A stretch of DNA of 32,000 nt from Candidatus Saccharimonadota bacterium (GCA_963718045.1 OY970350.1:180001-212000), one strand, 5' to 3'; positions 15,812-25,010 are shown, counted from the stretch's first letter. Notes: generated by a model not told the origin, from the letters alone. Numbers and translations are program-made.

Positions 15812-17143
15812 ATGCCAGTGAAAAATGGCTATTTTTTAACTAACAAATTAAACAGAGGAGAAGATGTGTCCTATAAGAGGTTTACATACTCTTTGACAAG
15901 GCGTATATTTACTATTGTCAGATCAAAAAACAAAAACATGATAAACAAAACACCTCACACCCAATCTTTTATTGACCGCCTGAGATCAACACCGATACTA
16001 GTTATCTCAAGCATTATGATTATTTGCGCTGCGTTTTTTATTGGTCCGATAATAGTTCATGCTGCCAGCTGTAGCAGCGCTGCTGATTGTCAAGCCCAAA
16101 TTAACAACTTAAGCAATCAGAATGCTCAAGCACAGCAGTCGGTCAGTAGTCTTGAATCACAAGCTCAAAATTATCAGGAAGCTATTAATTCATTGGGTTC
16201 TCAGATCTCTAGTTTGCAGCAGGAAATTAGTAGTAATGAGGCTAAACAAGACAGCCTAAACACTCAAATTGCGAGCAACCAGGCCGAATTAGTCCAGCAA
16301 AAGGCTATTCTAGCTAACGACATCGAAACCATGTATGTCAGCGGTCAGTTAACACCTGTAGAAATGCTGGCAACCAGCGACAATCTAAGTGACTTTATTG
16401 ACCAGCAAGTAGCATATAACGATGTTCAGCAAAAAATCCAAGGCACTGTCGATCAAATAAATACTCTTCAGCAAAGCTTACAAAACCAGAAGATCCAAGT
16501 CGATCAGCTGGTATCCACTGAACAGACGCAGAATAGTCAGTTATCTTATGTTGAATCTCAGCAGCAGCAGTTACTTGGATACAACCAATCGCAACAAGCA
16601 GCTTATAATCAGCAGATATCTAACGATAATGCGGATGTCTCACAGCTCACGGCTCAATTAATAGCGCTTAATAATGCCGGCAACACTACGGAAAGTAGCC
16701 TATGCGGCGGTGGTTATCCCACGTCTACCAAGAGTTCTATCACCGGTGTTGATTGGGGTTGCGATTTGCCGCAAGACAACACAGAAGACAACTGGGCCAT
16801 GTTAAATCGTGAATGCGTAAGTTACACGGCCTATATGACGGCCACTAAATATGACGTCTCAACATTAAATTGGGGTGACGCCTACCAATGGATCGCGTCT
16901 GCAGAAAATGCTGGTTATTCCGTAGATCAAACGCCATCGGCTGGATCTATTGCTATTCGTAATCGCGACTATAGCCAGCCAGGTGATGTTGGTCATGCCA
17001 TGTATGTAGTATCAGTGAATGGCTCTGACAGTATTACTGTAGAAGAATACAATGAGCACTATAACGGTACGTTTGACGAACGCACGTTCGCACCTAGCAG
17101 TTACGATGATCGTGGGGGCCTGTACTTCATACATTTCCAGTAG
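15812..17143 (+). CDS. PcsB/CwlO-like peptidoglycan hydrolase: membrane anchor or signal, Gln-rich coiled coil, and a C-terminal CHAP domain
   Basis: An N-terminal hydrophobic segment (…ILVISSIMIICAAFFIGPIIVHA) is followed by a coiled coil of about 200 aa rich in Q, S and N. The C-terminal CHAP-like domain has Cys (…NRECVSYTAYM…) and His (…GDVGHAMYVV…). The start is uncertain: GTG 15800, ATG 15812 (GGTGAGGA upstream), GTG 15866 (AGGAG upstream) and ATG 15938 are all possible. Confidence 0.75.
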   Translation: MPVKNGYFLTNKLNRGEDVSYKRFTYSLTRRIFTIVRSKNKNMINKTPHTQSFIDRLRSTPILVISSIMIICAAFFIGPIIVHAASCSSAADCQAQINNLSNQNAQAQQSVSSLESQAQNYQEAINSLGSQISSLQQEISSNEAKQDSLNTQIASNQAELVQQKAILANDIETMYVSGQLTPVEMLATSDNLSDFIDQQVAYNDVQQKIQGTVDQINTLQQSLQNQKIQVDQLVSTEQTQNSQLSYVESQQQQLLGYNQSQQAAYNQQISNDNADVSQLTAQLIALNNAGNTTESSLCGGGYPTSTKSSITGVDWGCDLPQDNTEDNWAMLNRECVSYTAYMTATKYDVSTLNWGDAYQWIASAENAGYSVDQTPSAGSIAIRNRDYSQPGDVGHAMYVVSVNGSDSITVEEYNEHYNGTFDERTFAPSSYDDRGGLYFIHFQ

Positions 17144-17199
17144 AGGCAACCAAACTTATATGTACATAAACCCTTAATAATCTAGTACAATAGAGGTCT

Positions 17200-18423
17200 A
17201 TGATTGGTGGTTATAACAAAAAGCATAGGTCGAGATTTGCTCGTAGCAAAGTTATAAAATGGTCACTTATATCTGTGGCGGCAATAGTCGTTGCCGTTGG
17301 TTTAGTAATTCTAGGCATTAATATTGGTAATGGCCAAATTTCTTTCGGCAGGTCTAATCTTACTGGTTTGCCAAGCCAACTAAACTACACAACCGTTAAT
17401 CAGGTATACCAGTCGCTAAGGGAAAACTACGACGGCAAATTAACCGAAACACAAGTTCTAAATGGCATTAAAGAGGGTTTAGCTGCTTCAGCCAATGATC
17501 CTTATACCGAATATTTCACTCGCGCTGAAGCATCATCTTTTAACGATGAGCTTAATAATTCATTCAGCGGCATAGGTGCTGAGCTTAGTCAAAACAGCCA
17601 GGGAATTATTGAGATAATAGCGCCTATTACCGGCACGCCAGCCGCAAAAGCAGGGCTTCAGCCGGATGATCTGATCGCTTCGATTAATGGTCAAAGTACA
17701 AGCGGCATGACAACCGATCAGGCAGTCAACCTGATTCGCGGTAAGGCTGGAACTAAAGTAACCCTGGGGATTATAAGAGACAGCCAACAGCTGAACGTTG
17801 CTATAACCAGAGAGAATATCACCGTGCCAAGCGTAAACACAAAGATACTTAACGGTAATATTGGCTATATGCAAATAACTACCTTCGCCAACGATACCTC
17901 GTCACTAGCCCAGCAGGACGCCCAGAAATTTGCCAACGAACATGTTAAGGGCATTATCTTAGATCTTCGAGATGACCCGGGTGGCTTGGTTACGGCAGCA
18001 GTTAACGTTTCCAGCCTGTGGCTGCCTAACGGCCAAACCATATTCTCTGAAAGAAGAGGCAGTACGATCTTACAGACTTATTACTCTGTAGGTGGTGATA
18101 TTTTGCACGGCATTCCGACAGTCGTATTAATAAACGGCGGCAGTGCTTCAGCTAGTGAAATAACAGCTGGCGCACTTCACGATAACGGTGACGCATATGT
18201 AATTGGTAACCAAAGCTTCGGTAAGGGAGTAGTACAGCAATTAATTAACTTTAGTGATGGATCAGAACTTAAGGTAACTATAGCCAGCTGGTATAGGCCA
18301 GACGGCCAGAATATTGAGCATAAGGGTATTACTCCTGATAAAGTAGTTAATATGCCTTCGAGTAGTTCAAATACTACTGACACCCAACTAAATGCTGCTC
18401 TAACATATCTAGCGGCTCACTAG
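17200..18423 (+). CDS. ctpA: S41 family carboxy-terminal processing protease (Ctp) with a PDZ domain
   Basis: An N-terminal TM anchor is followed by a PDZ domain (…GIGAEL…PAAKAGLQPDDLI…) and an S41 catalytic region (…IILDLRDDPGGL…, …GGSASASEI…, …FGKG…). Confidence 0.88.
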   Translation: MIGGYNKKHRSRFARSKVIKWSLISVAAIVVAVGLVILGINIGNGQISFGRSNLTGLPSQLNYTTVNQVYQSLRENYDGKLTETQVLNGIKEGLAASANDPYTEYFTRAEASSFNDELNNSFSGIGAELSQNSQGIIEIIAPITGTPAAKAGLQPDDLIASINGQSTSGMTTDQAVNLIRGKAGTKVTLGIIRDSQQLNVAITRENITVPSVNTKILNGNIGYMQITTFANDTSSLAQQDAQKFANEHVKGIILDLRDDPGGLVTAAVNVSSLWLPNGQTIFSERRGSTILQTYYSVGGDILHGIPTVVLINGGSASASEITAGALHDNGDAYVIGNQSFGKGVVQQLINFSDGSELKVTIASWYRPDGQNIEHKGITPDKVVNMPSSSSNTTDTQLNAALTYLAAH

Positions 18424-18489
18424 AGATTTATATCTTGATATTGATCTAAATAAGATGTAGCATAAAACCAATAAGACAAAGAGGAGAAG

Positions 18490-20100
18490 GTGGCAAAACA
18501 GCCGACCAAGTTTATTTTTGTAACCGGCGGGGTGATATCCGGACTGGGCAAAGGAATCACCGCAGCCTCGATAGCTAACCTCTTAAAAGCCCGAGGTTTT
18601 AAAGTAAACCTCCAAAAATGTGACCCTTACCTAAATGTTGATGCTGGAACACTAAACCCCCGTGAACACGGTGAAGTTTTTGTAACTTATGACGGTGCTG
18701 AAACAGATTTAGACCTAGGACACTACGAAAGATTCTTAGACGAAGAGTTAACTCAATCTAGCTCATTAATGTCCGGTCGGGTACTGCTTAAAGTTATCCA
18801 GGATGAAAGAGCAGGCAAGTATGAAGGCGATGATGTCCAGATCATTCCTCATCTGACAGCTGCAATCCAGAAGTATATTACCGAGGCTAGTGAAGGCTTC
18901 GATGTCCACATAATTGAAATAGGCGGCACGGTAGGGGATTACGAACAATTAAGCTTTATTGAATCAATTAGGGAACTAGGCCTAAGAGTCGGACTAGATA
19001 ACTGTCTATATGTTCACCTTGTTTATCTGCCGTTCTTGAGTGCCTCACAGGAAACTAAAACAAAACCTGCCCAAAATTCAGTCAGGGATCTTAGGGGGCT
19101 TGGTATAAAACCAGATGTGCTAGTTGCAAGATGCGACAAAAAGGCCAATGGTGCAGTCATTAAAAAACTTAGCTTATTCACTGGTGTCAGCGAAGAAGCG
19201 GTTGTTATACTGCCAAATGCTAAATCAATCTATGAAATACCGCTGACAATAGAAGACACGGGCATAGTTGATGTTATTACCAAGCACTTAGGTTTAGAAA
19301 TAAGGAAAGCAAATCTTAAGCAGTGGAGCGAGGTGGTAAATCTGGCGACGACAGATTTTGACCGTAGCATTAACGTTGCAGTCATTGCTAAATACATGGA
19401 TAACACAGACACATATCTATCTGTTTTTGAGGCTTTAAAATCTGCCGCGTGGTGGAATAAGACCAACATCCAAATAACCTGGATAAAGGCGGAAGATTAC
19501 GATAAACCAGGCTCTAGTATAGAAGAGACACTGAAAAACTATGACGGTATCCTGGTGCCTGGCGGTTTTGGCCAAAGAGGACTGGAAGGCAAGATTAAAG
19601 CAGCATCATACGCCCTTAAAAATAAGACGCCATACCTTGGACTTTGTTTAGGCTTACAGATGGGTGTCATTGCGGCTGCCCGTAATGCCGGTATTAAAGA
19701 TGCCACAACTTTTGAGCTAAATCCTGATTCAAAAAATCTTGTTATTAACACTATGGCCGATCAACGGGGCATGGAGATGACCGGCGGAACAATGCGTCTA
19801 GGTAACTTTAGCTGCCACCTAGAGACCGGTTCATTAGCGGCCAAGGTTTATGGTGCGTCAGACATTGTAGAAAGACATAGACACCGCGGAGAATGTAATA
19901 ACGACTTCCTGGATCAATATGCTAGCTGGGGTATAAAGGCTTCGGGAATCAATCCCGATAATCATTTGGTTGAAGTTATTGAAGGTATAGATCATCCGTT
20001 TTTCTTAGCTAGCCAATTCCATCCTGAATTTAAAAGCCGCCCAATAAGGGCCCATCCAATGTTTGACGGCTTTATTAAAGCCGTGCTGAATAACAAGTAA
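18490..20100 (+). CDS. pyrG: CTP synthase
   Basis: 536 aa. Motifs include …KFIFVTGGVISGLGKGI…, …DPYLNVDAGT… and a glutaminase domain (…GLCLGLQ…, …HRHRGE…). GTG start with GAGGAG upstream. Confidence 0.96.
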   Translation: MAKQPTKFIFVTGGVISGLGKGITAASIANLLKARGFKVNLQKCDPYLNVDAGTLNPREHGEVFVTYDGAETDLDLGHYERFLDEELTQSSSLMSGRVLLKVIQDERAGKYEGDDVQIIPHLTAAIQKYITEASEGFDVHIIEIGGTVGDYEQLSFIESIRELGLRVGLDNCLYVHLVYLPFLSASQETKTKPAQNSVRDLRGLGIKPDVLVARCDKKANGAVIKKLSLFTGVSEEAVVILPNAKSIYEIPLTIEDTGIVDVITKHLGLEIRKANLKQWSEVVNLATTDFDRSINVAVIAKYMDNTDTYLSVFEALKSAAWWNKTNIQITWIKAEDYDKPGSSIEETLKNYDGILVPGGFGQRGLEGKIKAASYALKNKTPYLGLCLGLQMGVIAAARNAGIKDATTFELNPDSKNLVINTMADQRGMEMTGGTMRLGNFSCHLETGSLAAKVYGASDIVERHRHRGECNNDFLDQYASWGIKASGINPDNHLVEVIEGIDHPFFLASQFHPEFKSRPIRAHPMFDGFIKAVLNNK

Positions 20101-20178
20101 TAATACTGCTATCCTGGAGCACTCGTAGAGAGCGCATAACTATTGCCATTTTATTAATAAGAAGTTAACATAGGCATA

Positions 20179-20610
20179 ATGGAACCGAATCAAAAACAAC
20201 CTACTCCGCCGCCAGTGCCGCCTGCACCTGGAACATCTCCCAAACGAGTCCTCTTGGTTGAAGATGATGACTCGCTAGCAAACGTTTATGTGACCCGGCT
20301 GCAAGCCGAGGGAATCGACGTTAGGCGTGTTGCTAATGGTGAAGATGCCTTAGCGGCCGCTTTAAGCTACCAGCCGCATCTAATATTGCTAGACGTTATG
20401 ATGCCTAAGGTAAGTGGTTTTGATGTCCTAGACATCCTTAGAAATACCCCTGAGACGGCTGATCTTAAGATAATTATTCTGACCGCTCTTAGCCAGGATA
20501 GCGACAAAGAACGGGCCGAGGCTCTTGGTGTTGATGAATACCTAGTAAAATCTCAAGTAGTTATTGCAGACGTTATCGACCGGATCAAGCATCACTTGAA
20601 TATGTCTTAA
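20179..20610 (+). CDS. Single-domain response regulator (CheY-like receiver) with a Pro-rich N-terminal extension
   Basis: Canonical REC residues are present: VEDDD, LILLDVMMP (phosphoacceptor Asp at about residue 72), ILTAL and a conserved K. There is no output domain. The N-terminus reads MEPNQKQPTPPPVPPAPGTSPK. Confidence 0.85.
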   Translation: MEPNQKQPTPPPVPPAPGTSPKRVLLVEDDDSLANVYVTRLQAEGIDVRRVANGEDALAAALSYQPHLILLDVMMPKVSGFDVLDILRNTPETADLKIIILTALSQDSDKERAEALGVDEYLVKSQVVIADVIDRIKHHLNMS

Positions 20611-20616
20611 GATAAA

Positions 20617-20889
20617 TTAATTAACTGAAACTTCGCTGCGGCGGACACTGCTTCCACTGAAAGTCTTAACTTTACGCAGTTTAAACTCAACAACACCGTC
20701 ACGAGCGGCGTGAATAGTGTAGTTGCGGCTCATTTTGGTACCACTACCAGGTCTTTTAGTCATACCGACTTGGCGGACAATTACTTGACCTGTTTTAACT
20801 GGCTGGCCACCAAATACCTTAACGCCTAGTCTTTGACCAGGAGAGTCATGAATATTTTTGGCTGTTCCACCGGCTTTAACGTGTGACAT
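20617..20889 (-). CDS. rpmA: 50S ribosomal protein L27
   Basis: 90 aa. The sequence MSHVKAGGTAKNIHDSPGQRLGVKVFGG…VRQVG… matches the L27 signature. Confidence 0.95.
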   Translation of the reverse strand: MSHVKAGGTAKNIHDSPGQRLGVKVFGGQPVKTGQVIVRQVGMTKRPGSGTKMSRNYTIHAARDGVVEFKLRKVKTFSGSSVRRSEVSVN

Positions 20890-20892
20890 AAA

Positions 20893-22122
20893 TTAATTCC
20901 TTGTTAGTACGAGCAGCTGACGCCCAACCAATTGCTGCGGCCGGTAATATATCAACCGAGTACTTACACTTTTAAAATCTATAGCATTATACCCGATATC
21001 TGTTAAATGGTCAATTACCGGCAGAGATTTAAACTGGTCATTAGAAACCTGCCAGGCAGGCACTGCCAGACAAAGTCTGAGTCCCGGTTTTGTCTGGCCG
21101 GCAATATTTAAAAGTAAGCGTTTTAAAAGATCGTCAATTTCCTTAGCCATCCTATCCAGTTCGCTAGACTGAGGTATCGAACTTAGCGGTTTACCGAGGT
21201 TCATTTCGCTAGCTATAAAATTAAACTTCGGCCAGGTGGTCTTAGTTGCATCCTCGATAGTAACATCTTTTGAATCGATCTGGTGATTATAACGTTCAGA
21301 CAGCCACTTCAGATTATTTTTGGTATATTCAACCATTTTAGGGTTAATATCACTGCCCAAGACCTTATATCCCATCAGGGAGGCTTCCTGAAGAATGACA
21401 CCGCTGCCGCAGAAAGGGTCTAAAACTGTTTTACCTATGTCTGGCAGATAGTTTTTGTCTTCTGGCAGATCGCAAATTGATTTCAGTTCATTTTCCGGTA
21501 ATGGTCCGCTAGCCAGGTTTAATATTATCTGGGCTAGTTTAGGTGGCAGCATGCCAATTCGAGCATCTCTAAATGGTCTTTGCTGATCACGTTTTGCATA
21601 CGCTTCAATGTCCTGGACCATAACGGTCTGGGCAATATATGTTTTATTGCCGGACCTAACAATTAAAAGCTCCCAGGAACGTTCTTTGGTTAGTTTGTTA
21701 TGAATGACCTGGGCGGTATTAAGCTCAAGGTTTTTGTTGGGTACCAAACGAACACTTCGGCCTGTAGATGTGATGGCTCTTTTTATCTTTAAAGCACTTT
21801 TAGATAGTTGTCTGACATCTAAGTTAAAGCCGTATAAGCTCAAGCCGAGGGTCATCTTACCTGGGGGCATATTTTTAACATGCTCTGGTGAAGATACGGC
21901 TAAGAAATTCTCAATGTCTTGCCATAAAACAGTCTCTAGAACTATCAAGAGCTTACCGAACTTAAGGCTGCCGCCTAATCTTTTAAAGGCTAGTAAACAA
22001 GGATCAATATCTACTAAGACTGCTTTGTTGTCTAGGTTAGATATTCTGTTTTCACCGTAGAGACTTTCCAGTTCGCTAAGGCCTAACTCTGGCTGACGTC
22101 CAAGTATTAGAAGACTTTTCAT
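20893..22122 (-). CDS. SAM-dependent RNA methyltransferase, UPF0020/TRM11-like (THUMP-like N-terminal region plus a class I MTase domain)
   Basis: …RIGMLPPKLAQIILNLA… and SAM motif I (…VLDPFCGSGVILQEASLMGYKVLGSDI…) are typical of the Trm11/RlmL-type family. The region where (D/N)PPY is expected reads …FIASEMNLGKP…. Confidence 0.6.
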   Translation of the reverse strand: MKSLLILGRQPELGLSELESLYGENRISNLDNKAVLVDIDPCLLAFKRLGGSLKFGKLLIVLETVLWQDIENFLAVSSPEHVKNMPPGKMTLGLSLYGFNLDVRQLSKSALKIKRAITSTGRSVRLVPNKNLELNTAQVIHNKLTKERSWELLIVRSGNKTYIAQTVMVQDIEAYAKRDQQRPFRDARIGMLPPKLAQIILNLASGPLPENELKSICDLPEDKNYLPDIGKTVLDPFCGSGVILQEASLMGYKVLGSDINPKMVEYTKNNLKWLSERYNHQIDSKDVTIEDATKTTWPKFNFIASEMNLGKPLSSIPQSSELDRMAKEIDDLLKRLLLNIAGQTKPGLRLCLAVPAWQVSNDQFKSLPVIDHLTDIGYNAIDFKSVSTRLIYYRPQQLVGRQLLVLTRN

Positions 22123-22145
22123 ATTATCCTTTATAATAGTTGAAT

Positions 22146-23213
22146 ATGTCTGAGAAATCGATTCTTCGTAGACACTGGAAACTAATATTAAACATTGCCA
22201 CCATCGTTGCCTTAATCATATTAATTTATGCCATTAGGCACCAGCTGGGATCAACTATTAAAAACATAACCCATGTAAATGGTTGGGCACTCTTCTTAAT
22301 TATTCCAGTTGAAATTATAGACTACCATGCCCAAGCCAAAATGTATCAGCATTTATTTGCAATTGTTGGCGATAAGCTAGCTTACGGCTATCTTTATGCC
22401 AGGGCACTGGAACTTAATTTAATAAACCACCTGTTTCCCAGCGGCGGTGTAACCGGTATCTCTTATTTCGGCGTCAGAGTAAGCGGCCAGAATGACATTA
22501 CTGGGGCGAGAGCGACTCTTATCCAGCTGATGAAGCTGGTTTTAACCTTTATCTCTTTTGAAGTCCTGTTAATTTTGGCTGTTTTTGATCTGGCAGTGGT
22601 CGGCCGGGTAAACGAGCTTACCATACTCGTCGCCGGTGCTCTCTCAACTTTGCTTGTTGTATTAACTTTCTTATTTGCTTATGTGGTTGGCAGCCGGCAG
22701 AGAATTAATAGTTTCTTTGGCGGGCTAACCAGAGCTATTAACTATCTCATACATAAGATTTTCAAAAAGAACCCCGAGACTATTAACATGGCTAGCGCTA
22801 AAAAGGTATTTGATGACTTTCATGAAAATTACCATCTGCTCTTATCCCACTGGAAAGAACTAAGAGCGCCGTTCTTTGACGCCTTACTAGCCAATTTGGC
22901 CGAAATAATGGCCATTTATGTAGTCTTCTTGGCTTTTGGCAAGGTAATTAATCCCGGCGCGGTTGTTCTTGCTTACGGCGTAGCAAACTTTGCCGGCCTA
23001 GTGTCTGTGCTGCCCGGTGGAATCGGTATTTATGAGGCCTTAATGGTTGGTGTTTTAACTATTTCTGGAGTACCGGCCCGTATAAGTTTGCCGGCCATAA
23101 TTATGTACCGGGTAGTCAACACCATTATCCAGTTGCCGCCAGGTTATTATTTCTACCATAAATCTGTAAACAGTGGTGAGATAAGGAGACACGGAAAACC
23201 CCAGCATGTTTGA
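22146..23213 (+). CDS. Polytopic membrane protein, flippase-like / lysylphosphatidylglycerol-synthase TM-domain family (UPF0104-like)
   Basis: About 8 predicted TM helices and an N-terminus (…RRHWKLILNIATIVALIILIYAIRHQL…) typical of the family. A TATAAT (22132-22137) lies 8 nt before ATG 22146. A TTG at 22140 is an alternative start. Confidence 0.55.
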   Translation: MSEKSILRRHWKLILNIATIVALIILIYAIRHQLGSTIKNITHVNGWALFLIIPVEIIDYHAQAKMYQHLFAIVGDKLAYGYLYARALELNLINHLFPSGGVTGISYFGVRVSGQNDITGARATLIQLMKLVLTFISFEVLLILAVFDLAVVGRVNELTILVAGALSTLLVVLTFLFAYVVGSRQRINSFFGGLTRAINYLIHKIFKKNPETINMASAKKVFDDFHENYHLLLSHWKELRAPFFDALLANLAEIMAIYVVFLAFGKVINPGAVVLAYGVANFAGLVSVLPGGIGIYEALMVGVLTISGVPARISLPAIIMYRVVNTIIQLPPGYYFYHKSVNSGEIRRHGKPQHV

Positions 23214-24324
23214 CGACCAGGGTGTAACTGTCAGTGAATTTGTCGAAGCTCTTAACCAGGCTTTTGAAACTGTTTTTCCGATAGTTAATATTGTTGGTGA
23301 GCTAGCCAATTTCAGGGTCAGTAAAAACAAGTGGGTATATTTTGACCTTAAAGATGAATATAGCTCGCTGAAGTTTTTTGGCAGTGTCTTTCAGCTAAAA
23401 GGGCCGTTAGAAGACGGCATGATGCTAAAAGTTACTTCCTCACCGCATTTACATAATAATTACGGCTTTAGTATGCAGATACATAACATTGAATTAGTTG
23501 GTGAAGGCACACTAAGAAGGGCAGCCGAACTGCTGCAGATTAAATTGACTAAAGAAGGCATTTTCGATATGGACAGGAAAAGAGAACTGCCATATCCGCC
23601 CTCTAAAATAGCACTTATTACTTCGGGCCAGTCTGCTGCCTATCATGATTTTGTGAAAATAATTAACAGCCGCTGGCGGGGACTTGAAATATCTTTTATT
23701 GACGTTCAGGTCCAGGGTGAAATTGCCCCCGGTCAAATAGTCCAGGCTTTAAATTACTTTAATATTCACTCCGACAATATTGATGTCCTGGTCTTAACTA
23801 GAGGCGGCGGCGGTCCTGAAGATTTAGCAGCCTTTAACACCGAGGAAGTAACTAGGGCAGTAGCCGCTAGTAAAATACCAACTTTGGTTGCTATTGGACA
23901 CGAGATAGACATTAGTCTGGCTGAACTTGCAGCCGACAAAAGGGCTTCAACGCCTAGCCATGCGGCTGAAGTTTTAGTACCAGATATTAGAGTGGTTGAA
24001 ACTAACATTAAAAACAGCCGTAATTATCTTAATGTTAGAACAAAAGAGTATATAAACCTTGTCGCTCAGGAACTAAAGCATCAGGCTAAAGATCTATATA
24101 ATTTAACAAGCGATATTTTGGCTGATTTTACCAACCTAGTAACTCACCGCATTGAAATACTCAGGGCATATAACCCGGAAGCGATTTTAAATAGAGGCTA
24201 TTCAGTAGTTCGTAAGGAAGGAAAGGTTGTCCGTTCTTCTGCTATCCTCAAGATAAATGATATATTGGATATATCTTTGGCGAAGGGAAGTGTAAGCAGC
24301 CAGGTTAAAGGTATCAAATCATGA
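23206..24324 (+). CDS. xseA: Exodeoxyribonuclease VII large subunit
   Basis: An N-terminal OB fold (…VSEFVEALNQAFETVFPIVNIVGELANFRVSKNKWVYFDLKDE…) precedes the catalytic region (…ALITSGQSAAYHDF…, …LTRGGGGPEDLAAFN…). It is followed by xseB with an ATGA overlap. Confidence 0.92.
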   Translation: MFDDQGVTVSEFVEALNQAFETVFPIVNIVGELANFRVSKNKWVYFDLKDEYSSLKFFGSVFQLKGPLEDGMMLKVTSSPHLHNNYGFSMQIHNIELVGEGTLRRAAELLQIKLTKEGIFDMDRKRELPYPPSKIALITSGQSAAYHDFVKIINSRWRGLEISFIDVQVQGEIAPGQIVQALNYFNIHSDNIDVLVLTRGGGGPEDLAAFNTEEVTRAVAASKIPTLVAIGHEIDISLAELAADKRASTPSHAAEVLVPDIRVVETNIKNSRNYLNVRTKEYINLVAQELKHQAKDLYNLTSDILADFTNLVTHRIEILRAYNPEAILNRGYSVVRKEGKVVRSSAILKINDILDISLAKGSVSSQVKGIKS

Positions 24325-24518
24325 GTGATTCTAAAAGCTACCGGGTCTTAAACGAAGAACTGGAAGAAGTTATTCAAAAACTGCAGTCCGAAGGTCTCGA
24401 TGTTGATGAGGTTGTTTCTGAATACCAAAAAGGGATAAATTTAGTTGAAGCAATGGAAAAGTACTTAAAATCAGCAAAGAATAAAATAACTAAAATTAAG
24501 CCCTCTAAACTTGCTTAA
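24321..24518 (+). CDS. xseB: Exodeoxyribonuclease VII small subunit
   Basis: 65-aa helical protein (…LEEVIQKLQSEGLDVDEVVSEYQKGINLVE…) coupled to xseA. Confidence 0.88.
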   Translation: MSDSKSYRVLNEELEEVIQKLQSEGLDVDEVVSEYQKGINLVEAMEKYLKSAKNKITKIKPSKLA

Positions 24519-25010
24519 ATGTTATTTATTTGGCTAGTCATTGTTCTTATTTTGTTAATTAGTCTAGTTGGCTTTTTTCTTGGAGCGCCATATCTGCCGA
24601 CACTAAAAAAGCAGGTCAATACCATATTCTCCCTAGCTGAAATGAAAGAAGGCCAGACATTAATTGAACTAGGCTGCGGCGATGGCCGGGTATTAGTTGA
24701 AGCAGCCAAGCGGGGAATTAATTCTGTAGGCTACGAGATAAACCCCGTATTATTTCTAATAGCATTATTAAGATCTAAGAAATATAAGGACAGAATAAGA
24801 GTTATCTACGGTAATTATTGGCAAAAAGAATGGCCGCAGGCAGACGTTATATTTGTATTTTTAATCGGTCGATACATGAGTAAGCTTGATAAGCACGTAA
24901 AGATGTATCCGCATAAACCTGTAAAACTTGTTAGTTTTGCCTTCAAACTGCCAGATAAAAAGGTCTCAAAACAACAAGAAAACCTGTATCTGTATGATTA
25001 CCACAGTTGA
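24519..25010 (+). CDS. Small class I SAM-dependent methyltransferase with an N-terminal TM helix
   Basis: Motif I is …LIELGCGDGRVLVEAAKRG…, followed by the acidic post-I residue (…GYEIN…). The ATG directly abuts the xseB stop. Confidence 0.6.
   Translation: MLFIWLVIVLILLISLVGFFLGAPYLPTLKKQVNTIFSLAEMKEGQTLIELGCGDGRVLVEAAKRGINSVGYEINPVLFLIALLRSKKYKDRIRVIYGNYWQKEWPQADVIFVFLIGRYMSKLDKHVKMYPHKPVKLVSFAFKLPDKKVSKQQENLYLYDYHS

Noticed and set aside
16090-16680. Gln/Ser/Asn-rich repetitive-looking stretch, considered as a possible DNA tandem repeat or contingency locus
   Set aside because: There is no exact nucleotide periodicity. The pattern is heptad-like at protein level, as expected for the coiled-coil domain of PcsB/EnvC-type hydrolase activators.
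20101-20178. Possible terminator or hairpin (GCACTC…GAGAGC) after pyrG
   Set aside because: The stem is imperfect (5 of 6 pairs) and no U-tract follows, so the evidence for a terminator is insufficient.
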